From the NCBI GenBank assembly GCA_021498095.1, contig JAIZWK010000001.1, positions 4,256,768 through 4,288,767 on the forward strand: a stretch of 32,000 nt of DNA, in the 5' to 3' direction. The position numbers and the translations under genes are program-made. Every line of letters begins with the position of its first letter. The first letter of the stretch is position 1. The notes beneath the pieces were generated by a model. It did no database searches, was not told where the DNA came from, and worked only from the letters and a program-made list of their open reading frames with translations. The stretch is from Candidatus Harpocratesius repetitus (GTDB taxonomy: Archaea; Asgardarchaeota; Lokiarchaeia; Sigyniarchaeales; Promethearchaeaceae). Shown piece after piece: positions 25,314 to 32,000 of the stretch.

Positions 25314-25772
25314 ATGTCAGAAATAACAATTACACGCTACAATCCAAGAAAAGATAAGAATGAATTGGAGCAATTACTGAAGGATTTTGAATATCGAATT
25401 GGCAAAGTTGATTTTGATAAGTTTTCCAAGGAAATTGAAGAACGGAGCAAGGATCTTCGATTACGAAATTCGATGGTATTAGCAAAAGAAGATGGAAAAA
25501 TTGTTGGAGCAGGGTTTTTTAGTATCTGGAATGATTATTTAGGTCGTCAACATTGTGTTTTGCATGATATTATTGTAAGAAAAGAACATGCCTTCAAAAA
25601 GGGAATTGAAGAGAAGATCATGCGTGAATTATTTAATTATTTAAAGAAAACTATGAAGATTGAAAAAGTATCTTTATATGCTAAAAAAAAGGGAGACTCA
25701 AATCTACTTTCTGTTTTAATGAAATTGGGAATAAAAAAGAGCGAGTGGGATCACTACGAACATTTCTTATAA
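25314..25772 (+). CDS. GNAT-family acetyltransferase
   Basis: VLAKEDGKIVG, VLHDIIVRKEHAFKKGI (divergent motif A), KVSLYA. Start set at ATG 25314; track gives TTG 25272. Confidence 0.75.
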   Translation: MSEITITRYNPRKDKNELEQLLKDFEYRIGKVDFDKFSKEIEERSKDLRLRNSMVLAKEDGKIVGAGFFSIWNDYLGRQHCVLHDIIVRKEHAFKKGIEEKIMRELFNYLKKTMKIEKVSLYAKKKGDSNLLSVLMKLGIKKSEWDHYEHFL

Positions 25773-25814
25773 AAAAAGAACAAATATCTATTTCTAAGTA
25801 AATTTTTTTTACCA

Positions 25815-27725
25815 TTACATTTCATTAAGTTCTTGAATTTCAAACAAATTTAGTATATCCTTCAATATCAATCGAACAGCTTCACAAAGGGCTAAACGTG
25901 CAGCTTGTAGTGTTGAATTTTCGGAAAGAATTGGACAAACATGATAAAAACGAGTAAAATATTGTGCAATATCGAGAAGATAACGCATTAATTCATGTGG
26001 TCTGAGTGTTTCTGCGGCATATTTTAACTTATCAGGATATTGATATAAAAGAGAAATGAGGGCTTTTTCTTCTTCATGAATAAGCAAGTTAAAATCAATT
26101 GAAGAAACTTGATAATTTTGATTGACAGAATTCTCATCAGGATTATATGGAACTGGAATCTTCTTTTCAAGACCTTTACGGAAGATGGAGCAAATTCTAG
26201 CATAAGCGTAGAGAATATAAGGTCCCGTTTCACCTTCAAAACTAATACTTTGTTCTGGATCAAAAATAAAATCGCGTGTATATTCATATTTTAGAATGAA
26301 AAATCGCAATGCTGCCATCGCAATTCTAAAAGCACGATTATTTACTTCAAGGAGATCCAAGAATGGATATCGTTTTTTAATTTCATTTTTGGCTAATTCT
26401 TGGAGTTCTTTCACGACATCGTCTGCATCCACAACGGTACCTTCTCTAGATTTCATTTTTCCGGAAGTAAGACGGATCATTCCATAGGAATAATGAATGT
26501 TGTTTAAGGGCATTCCTAATTTGGTCAATAATTCAAAAAGCGTCTTCATTTGCATATTTTGTTCATTTCCGATAACATAAATTGATTGATCATATGAAAA
26601 ATCGTCATATTTCTGATGAGCCAAATATAAATCTTGAGTAATGTACAAAGAGGTTCCATCACTACGAATAAGCACTTTTTGTTTAGGAAGTCCTTTTTTA
26701 GAAAATCGTGCTACAATTGCACCGTCACTTAATTGTTCAAAAATCCCTTTTTTCAATCCTTGAAGCACTAGGTTCTTTCCCTTATCATATATTTGACTTT
26801 CATAGTATGTTTTGGTGTGTTTGATATTAAATAATTGGAATGTTTCTTGAAAACCTTGCTCAGCCCATGAATTCATTTTTTTCCAAAGAGCACGAACTTC
26901 TGGAACATGATTTTCCCAGTCAATTAACATTTGTTGAAGTTCTTTTTGCATCTGTCCATAGGGTGTTTTATCGATTTCTTGCTGAAGTTTATTTATTTTT
27001 TCAAAATCTTGCATTTCTGATGTTTTTTTCTTTTCCAATTCCAGTTCTTTTAATTGTTCTTCTACTTCTTTGAGAAGACGATTCTCTTCAATTGCAAATT
27101 TTACATAATAATCGCCAACAAAATGATCTGGTTTTTTTCCTTCCGTTTTGGGAGTTCTATTTTTTCCAAATTTTTGATAAGCCCACATACTTTTACAAAT
27201 ATGAATCCCACGATCATTTAGCAAATTAGTTTCATAAACAAAATGTCCGATTTTAGAATTCATGCGAGACAAAGCCTGTCCCAAGAGCATATTCCGAACA
27301 TGACCGAAATGTAAAGGTTTATTCGTATTAGGAGAAGGATATTCAACCACAATCTTCTGAGGTTTAAAGTTATCAAACATTTTAGATAGAGAATACTTAT
27401 GAACATCAGAAAAAATCTCTTGAATCACATCTTTTGCCATGATTTTTTTATTTATATGGAAATTTAAATACGGTCCTACTGCTTCTATTCGTTCAATCAT
27501 TGGATATTTTGCAAGAAGAGAAGGAGTAAACTCGTGAGCTAAGTTTTGAGCAATTTCTGGTCCTTTCAACTTTAAAATTTTTTGAAGTTTAAAACAAATA
27601 ATTGTAAAATCAGCATTAACCTTTTTATTAGCACTTTCAATAAAATTTACCAGTTTTGAAGCGGGAAGGTCGGGATTTTTTATAATATCAGCAAGAATCT
27701 CAGCAATGCTCTCTGCATAGTTCAT
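25815..27725 (-). CDS. argS: arginine--tRNA ligase
   Basis: GPYLNF, VEYPSPNTNKPLHFGHVRN (HIGH), RSDGTSLYITQDL, GKMKSREG (KMSK), FEGETGPYILYAYARICSI, DALR-type C-terminus. Confidence 0.97.
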   Translation of the reverse strand: MNYAESIAEILADIIKNPDLPASKLVNFIESANKKVNADFTIICFKLQKILKLKGPEIAQNLAHEFTPSLLAKYPMIERIEAVGPYLNFHINKKIMAKDVIQEIFSDVHKYSLSKMFDNFKPQKIVVEYPSPNTNKPLHFGHVRNMLLGQALSRMNSKIGHFVYETNLLNDRGIHICKSMWAYQKFGKNRTPKTEGKKPDHFVGDYYVKFAIEENRLLKEVEEQLKELELEKKKTSEMQDFEKINKLQQEIDKTPYGQMQKELQQMLIDWENHVPEVRALWKKMNSWAEQGFQETFQLFNIKHTKTYYESQIYDKGKNLVLQGLKKGIFEQLSDGAIVARFSKKGLPKQKVLIRSDGTSLYITQDLYLAHQKYDDFSYDQSIYVIGNEQNMQMKTLFELLTKLGMPLNNIHYSYGMIRLTSGKMKSREGTVVDADDVVKELQELAKNEIKKRYPFLDLLEVNNRAFRIAMAALRFFILKYEYTRDFIFDPEQSISFEGETGPYILYAYARICSIFRKGLEKKIPVPYNPDENSVNQNYQVSSIDFNLLIHEEEKALISLLYQYPDKLKYAAETLRPHELMRYLLDIAQYFTRFYHVCPILSENSTLQAARLALCEAVRLILKDILNLFEIQELNEM

Positions 27726-27876
27726 ACTTGGTAGAATATTGGAAATTCAATAAATATTTGCAAAATGAAATCTTCTCAAAAAGTGTTATCAAAAAATATT
27801 AGCAAAAAGTGAAATAAAAAATGCTATCAAAACCAAAATTCACAAAATTTTCATTCTATGAAAAAATTAAATACTT

Positions 27877-28584
27877 ATGGCGTTATCATCAATTGAAGAA
27901 GCAAAAAAAAAAGCAGGTTATGCTGCAGTGGATGAATTTGTTCAAGATCATATGATATTGGGAATTGGAAGCGGGTCTACAGTTGTATATGCCGTAGAAA
28001 GATTAATTCAAAGAGTAAAAGAAGAAAATCTGCAAGTAATTTGCATTCCAACATCTTTTCAATCAACTCAACTTATTGTTAAAGGGGATCTTTATTTAGG
28101 AACTCTTGATCAATATCCTGAAATTGATGTAGATATTGATGGTGCAGATGAAGTTGATAACCAGCTGAATTTGATTAAAGGAGGAGGAGGATGTCATGTG
28201 CAAGAAAAAATTGTTGCAGGAAACAGTAAAAAGCTGGTTATTGTTGCTGATTATCGAAAAGAATCCGTAAATTTGGGAGAACAATGGAAAAAAGGAATCC
28301 CAATAGAAGTAATCCCATTTGCATATGTTCCTATACAAAAAAGAATTGAAAAATTAGGAGGAACATCTGTATTAAGAATGGCTAAAAATAAAGCAGGTCC
28401 AATTGTTTCAGATAATGGAAATTTCATTCTTGATGCAGATTTTGGTATAATTAAAGATCCTGCTAATTTAGATTTGCAATTAAAAAAGATTCCAGGAGTT
28501 GTTGAAACCGGTTTATTTGTTGGAATGGCGGTTAAAGCATTTTTTGGACAAAAAGATGGAACTTTAACCACACGCTCTCTATAG
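27877..28584 (+). CDS. rpiA: ribose-5-phosphate isomerase A
   Basis: GIGSGSTV, DGADEVD, IKGGGG, QEKIVA, DNGNFILD, IPGVVETGLF. Confidence 0.97.
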   Translation: MALSSIEEAKKKAGYAAVDEFVQDHMILGIGSGSTVVYAVERLIQRVKEENLQVICIPTSFQSTQLIVKGDLYLGTLDQYPEIDVDIDGADEVDNQLNLIKGGGGCHVQEKIVAGNSKKLVIVADYRKESVNLGEQWKKGIPIEVIPFAYVPIQKRIEKLGGTSVLRMAKNKAGPIVSDNGNFILDADFGIIKDPANLDLQLKKIPGVVETGLFVGMAVKAFFGQKDGTLTTRSL

Positions 28585-28598
28585 GCTTAATCGCTCAA

Positions 28599-28625
28599 TC
28601 TAAGCACACTCTAAGCTCACTCTAA
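28599..28625 (+). repeat. intergenic 11-bp tandem repeat, about 2.5 copies
   Basis: TCTAAGCACAC TCTAAGCTCAC TCTAA, just after the rpiA stop. Confidence 0.7.
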
Positions 28626-28695
28626 AATAAGAATAATGTCTTGCAACTATTTTGAATTTATATTAGATCTTAATCCCTTTAACTGAGTGAATGAT

Positions 28696-29541
28696 TTATT
28701 CAAACATCGAAATAATTGGCCGTAGTTTAAAGAGAGATACAGGTCTGGTATATTTTGTTTTTTCCCTCATTTCAAGTTCTGCCCCATATAATTCCATAAA
28801 TCTTCGTGTAAATGCTTGCAATTCTATTCGTAATTCAATAGAAGATTCATCACAAACAAGTATCGAAGTAATATAATCATTTTGTTCAAACATTATATCA
28901 TAATAATCTTTTTCTATATAACGCAAATCTCCAGAATTTTGTAAGACTTCATCGGTAATTTTTTCAATTGCTGAAAGAGTTCCACCAAGTAAATCTATGT
29001 ATTTCTCAGCAACATCATCCCTAAATAAATAATTTGCCAAAATTAAACCAGTTTTACTTTCTTGAACACAAATCATGATGGGTTTTCCTTTTGGAAGAAT
29101 ATCAGTCGTCCAAGCAATAACATCTTTAGTAGAAATAATTCCAATTGGTTGTCCTTTCTCATTTCCTACAACAACTCTTTTGTATCCTTTTGTATTCATA
29201 AAATGAACAACATCATCAATTGGTGTGTTTTTTTGTATAATTGGAATCGGCCCCCGCATTAATTCTTTCGCCTTAATTTCTGCAAGAGAGCGTTCTAAAG
29301 ATGGTCTTTCATTATTTTTATTCTGAGATTTATTGAATTGCGCTAAAAAATGCACGATTTGACGATGAGAAATGATATAATATTTAGAAAGGTCATCAAT
29401 ATCTTCAATAATTACTGCAGATATCATCTTTTTATCCATTAATGCTACTACATCTAATAACGAATCTGACTTTTCTAATAAATATACTCCGACATGTGCA
29501 ATATCTGCCGCAATTAAGCCGTAAGTCGGTTTTCTCGTCAT
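28696..29541 (-). CDS. CBS-pair (Bateman) domain fused to a C-terminal longin-like domain
   Basis: CBS2: KAKELMRGPIPII...VVHFMNTKGYKRVVVGNEKGQPIGIISTKDV. aa 153-281 show a beta-beta-alpha-beta-beta-beta-alpha-alpha pattern including GLILAN and DLLGGTLSAIEKITDE. Confidence 0.75.
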   Translation of the reverse strand: MTRKPTYGLIAADIAHVGVYLLEKSDSLLDVVALMDKKMISAVIIEDIDDLSKYYIISHRQIVHFLAQFNKSQNKNNERPSLERSLAEIKAKELMRGPIPIIQKNTPIDDVVHFMNTKGYKRVVVGNEKGQPIGIISTKDVIAWTTDILPKGKPIMICVQESKTGLILANYLFRDDVAEKYIDLLGGTLSAIEKITDEVLQNSGDLRYIEKDYYDIMFEQNDYITSILVCDESSIELRIELQAFTRRFMELYGAELEMREKTKYTRPVSLFKLRPIISMFE

Positions 29542-29633
29542 AAATTTACTCCCGATACCTCTTTATAAATATGTCTAATGCTAATCAAAATACAGAAGAT
29601 TTTATTCTTTTGGAATTTTCATTTTCTTGTAGA

Positions 29634-30608
29634 ATGAGAACCAGTATTCGATATTTCTTGGCATTTCTCGCCTATTTCATTTGGGGGTTAACATTCCCAT
29701 TTGCAATACAAGTCATGCCTCCATTATCTTCATATAGCTTTGTGTTTTTACGAACTTTGATGGGCAGTATTGTATTACTTATCTTTTTGGGAATTAAACG
29801 AGAAATTTTAGAATGGTTTTCTTCCTTTCGCGCGCATTTTAAAGCCCTCTTCCTATTTGCTTTAGGTCCTTTTACGTTTTCATATATTTTACAATTTTAT
29901 GCGATTCAGTTTACTTCACCAATTAATCAATCAATCATTGCTCAAACTTCTATTATTTGGGTTATTGTTCTGAATTATTTCTTTTTTCATCAGAAACCGC
30001 ACTTAAAATTTATTATCGGAGTAATTTTAGCAATTATTGGAGTTATTCTTCTTATTACTGGAAAAGGGCTAACTTTATCACCAGACACAATTAAAGGAGA
30101 TCTTCTATCTATAATTGCTTTTATCTCATGGGCGGCGTACAGCTCCTTTTCGAAACCAATATCTGAAAAGATGCCACCTCTATATTCGATTACTTCAATC
30201 CTTTTAATAAGTACTGTGATTCTATCAGGATTTGCATTTGGAACAGGATTAACGGATCAAATTTCTCAGTTATCAGAAATTCAATGGGGGATAATGATAT
30301 ATTTGGGAATAATTTGCACTGGTTTGGCATATGTTCTTCATCTTGTAGGTGTTGCAGGTGAAAAAGTAAAAACAGAATATGTAGTATACACAGGTTTTAT
30401 AATGCCTGTAGTATCTACTATTTACAGTGTTATCTTTTTAGATAAAATATTTACAAATAGAATGCTTCTGGGGGGGATTCTAATTATGTTTTCTGCAGTT
30501 ATTGTTCAATATCAAAATCAGAATAAAGAACAATCATCTCAAGAAAATAAAAAGCAATCACCTCAAGAAAATAAAGGACAATCATTATTGATCAATTGGA
30601 TCAGATAG
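29634..30608 (+). CDS. EamA/DMT-family transporter
   Basis: IWGLTF, FVFLRTL, GIILAIIGVILL-like segment, GDLLSIIAFISWAAYS, YLGIICTGLAY; about 10 TM helices. Start is ATG 29634 or 29571. Confidence 0.92.
   Translation: MRTSIRYFLAFLAYFIWGLTFPFAIQVMPPLSSYSFVFLRTLMGSIVLLIFLGIKREILEWFSSFRAHFKALFLFALGPFTFSYILQFYAIQFTSPINQSIIAQTSIIWVIVLNYFFFHQKPHLKFIIGVILAIIGVILLITGKGLTLSPDTIKGDLLSIIAFISWAAYSSFSKPISEKMPPLYSITSILLISTVILSGFAFGTGLTDQISQLSEIQWGIMIYLGIICTGLAYVLHLVGVAGEKVKTEYVVYTGFIMPVVSTIYSVIFLDKIFTNRMLLGGILIMFSAVIVQYQNQNKEQSSQENKKQSPQENKGQSLLINWIR
30531..30584 (+). repeat. 24-bp coding tandem repeat, about 2.25 copies, in the EamA tail
   Basis: CAATCATCTCAAGAAAATAAAAAG CAATCACCTCAAGAAAATAAAGGA CAATCA, encoding QSSQENKK QSPQENKG QS. 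Confidence 0.8.
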
Positions 30609-31700
30609 ATATTTGCTGCAAAACATAAGACCAGGAATTAATTTCTGAACGATTCCAATCATGTGTGGAGATATTTTGCTGGCATAAGAATCATGGAAAA
30701 TCTGTAGATCAGCTGATATTCCTTTTTCATGTAGAGTAGTATTAAACTGCTGAATCTGAGCGAGAAAGCCATATTCATCATTTTCTTCACATGTAATTTG
30801 TAAAGCACAATTGTGAAAAGCATTAGGATATTTGTGAATCAAACTGTTGAGATCACGTTCCATCCATTTCTCTTTCGCTTTCGAGTTAAAAGATATAATA
30901 TTACCGTTTTCATCCCTCTTGATTGATGGAAGAAGTGGAACATCCTTTGAAAAGATAAGATCGGCAGTATCCAAAATATCATCGAGATCTTGTTGACCAA
31001 GCTTAATAGCTTTTCTTTTTCCATAAATACGTTGATAAAAGGGAATGATTTCTTGATGGTTGAACAATTCTAACCATGAAATTGCAGGACTTAAAGCAGC
31101 AATTGCGGAAAAAAGATCAGGTTTCAGAATACCTCCTAATAATGCACCAAATCCCCCCATGGATCCACCAATCAACGCACGTCCACTCTTTTTTGGAATG
31201 GTACGATATGTATGATCAATGTAATTGACTAGATCTTCAAAAATATAGTCTGCATAATTTCCAGTATATGGTGAATTTAAATAGAATGAACCTTTCTTGG
31301 ATATTAAACCATTGAATCCTTTTTCTTTGAAAATATTTTCTATAGGCAGAGATCCATCTGCTTGGACCAAAATAAAAGATTTTAACTGATTAGTATTGAT
31401 TAAATTATCCAACTGCTCCAATGTTGGAAAATTTTTAAAGAATTTTCGCAATATAACTCGATAAATAAATGGATAATGTTTTGGAATTTCTTCTTTTGAA
31501 ATTATGAGCAGATCGTTAATATCTCCCGAATATCCATGAAGTAAATAAATAACTGGATAATATGTTTCTTGGTTATCTTGAGTGAAATATTTAGGAGGAA
31601 GATAGATATGACATTTTTTTAAAGGATTATCTTCTATTGCATTTCCTTCAAGGTGTTTGGCGTAAAATTGATCTACTCGATAACGCTGCGATGAAATCAT
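30585..31700 (-). CDS. alpha/beta-hydrolase esterase (enterochelin-esterase / PF00756-like)
   Basis: IYLPPKY, YPVIYLLHGY, DLVNYIDHTYRT, RALIGGSMGGFGA (GxSxG), PDLFSAIAALSP, candidate Asp (ENDEYG) and His (PHMIG). Confidence 0.9.
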   Translation of the reverse strand: MISSQRYRVDQFYAKHLEGNAIEDNPLKKCHIYLPPKYFTQDNQETYYPVIYLLHGYSGDINDLLIISKEEIPKHYPFIYRVILRKFFKNFPTLEQLDNLINTNQLKSFILVQADGSLPIENIFKEKGFNGLISKKGSFYLNSPYTGNYADYIFEDLVNYIDHTYRTIPKKSGRALIGGSMGGFGALLGGILKPDLFSAIAALSPAISWLELFNHQEIIPFYQRIYGKRKAIKLGQQDLDDILDTADLIFSKDVPLLPSIKRDENGNIISFNSKAKEKWMERDLNSLIHKYPNAFHNCALQITCEENDEYGFLAQIQQFNTTLHEKGISADLQIFHDSYASKISPHMIGIVQKLIPGLMFCSKYLSDPIDQ

Positions 31701-31744
31701 CTTGTTTTAACATAGGAGAAGGGAGTTAAAAAAATTTCTAAAAA

Positions 31745-31757
31745 TGATAAATTATCA
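31745..31757. promoter_or_regulatory. 6-1-6 palindrome upstream of the esterase, possible operator
   Basis: TGATAA-A-TTATCA, about 45 bp upstream of the esterase ATG. Confidence 0.3.
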
Positions 31758-31769
31758 CAAATATTATAG

Positions 31770-31790
31770 AGAAAAGAGGAGAAAAAAAGA
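31770..31790 (-). terminator. pyrimidine/U-rich tract after the ADH stop, possible archaeal terminator
   Basis: Minus strand reads TCTTTTTTTCTCCTCTTTTCT immediately after the ADH TAA. Confidence 0.4.
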
Positions 31791-32000
31791 TTATTCTTGC
31801 GGTGGCTTAATCAGGTGAAGAATTTCGATAAAATCATCGGGATACAAGATTTTTGGAACAGGATAAGCAGGATTTCCTTCTTTTGCAGCGCGTTCGGCTA
31901 ATAAAGCAAAATCTTTCTCTTGTAATTCTTTGATATATGTTGGAATTCCCATGTTTTTATTAAGATCTTTCACTTTCTGGATGAAAATTTCTGCACCTTC
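31791..32000 (-). CDS. iron-containing alcohol dehydrogenase family, C-terminal 69 aa; gene starts beyond the right edge
   Basis: Frame open from 32000: EGAEIFIQKVKDLNKNMGIPTYIKELQEKDFALLAERAAKEGNPAYPVPKILYPDDFIEILHLI, matching the Fe-ADH C-terminal 'GIP...A..E.NP.YPVP' pattern. Confidence 0.75.
   Translation of the reverse strand, partial: EGAEIFIQKVKDLNKNMGIPTYIKELQEKDFALLAERAAKEGNPAYPVPKILYPDDFIEILHLIKPPQE

Noticed and set aside
27857-27873. TATGAAAAAATTAAATA before rpiA resembles the LysR box (15/17)
   Set aside because: Single copy, almost all A/T and at the expected TATA-region position. A chance match is likely in this base composition.
28599-28625. CRISPR mini-array
   Set aside because: 11-bp contiguous units with no spacers, and no cas genes in the window.
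406-31024. Short ORFs nested in or antisense to real genes (e.g. 406..765, 2549..2794, 4216..4404, 5480..5674, 8265..8462, 9234..9464, 12552..12752, 13634..13894, 16310..16531, 16843..17091, 17003..17239, 23677..23886, 24191..24379, 24376..24570, 24530..24763, 24733..24960, 26024..26287, 26109..26294, 26296..26487, 26840..27073, 28096..28338, 28251..28571, 28691..28876, 29062..29262, 30839..31024)
   Set aside because: Shadow frames of well-supported genes, with no recognisable motifs.
1-32000. tRNA/rRNA genes, IS elements, integrases, prophage genes
   Set aside because: No GC-rich cloverleaf-like segment, transposase or integrase motifs, terminal inverted repeats or viral hallmark genes were seen. 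Intergenic gaps are mostly too short to hold them.

Overview
AT-rich (roughly 30% GC by eye), gene-dense prokaryotic window with about 31 coding regions. I saw no rRNA, tRNA, CRISPR array or transposase. The mix of archaeal-type genes (Trm1, Taw2, RadB-like ATPase, uppS), a CBS-longin fusion and many bacterial-type enzymes points to an Asgard archaeon, probably Lokiarchaeia; this taxonomy is inference. From left to right: (1) a 5'-truncated-window uppS, missed by the ORF track, divergent from an M48 protease / UbiA-type polyprenyl-phosphate phosphoribosyltransferase / DUF362 run; (2) a YqgF-like nuclease divergent from a RadB-like ATPase; (3) trm1 and taw2, divergent from a family-1 uracil-DNA glycosylase; (4) a 7-gene sulfur/selenium uptake-and-relay operon (split YedE, TusA, DsrH-E-F fusion, degenerate TusA, CxxC hypothetical, AhpD/CMD) divergent from a CysL/HrsM-like LysR regulator with tandem T-N11-A boxes; (5) nadB; (6) a 5-gene + strand run with a tail-anchored subtilase, a membrane hydrolase, a cysteine-less HycE/NuoCD-like pseudo-hydrogenase subunit and two large paralogous proteins that together carry four copies of an unrecognised ~280-aa domain; (7) a stop-interrupted ORF ending in a winged helix; (8) dut, GNAT, argS, rpiA, CBS-longin, EamA transporter, esterase and the 3' end of an iron-type alcohol dehydrogenase. 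The best candidates for an undescribed system are the four-domain protein pair with its dead hydrogenase neighbour, and the LysR-controlled S/Se relay operon. All family calls are from motif recognition, not database searches.
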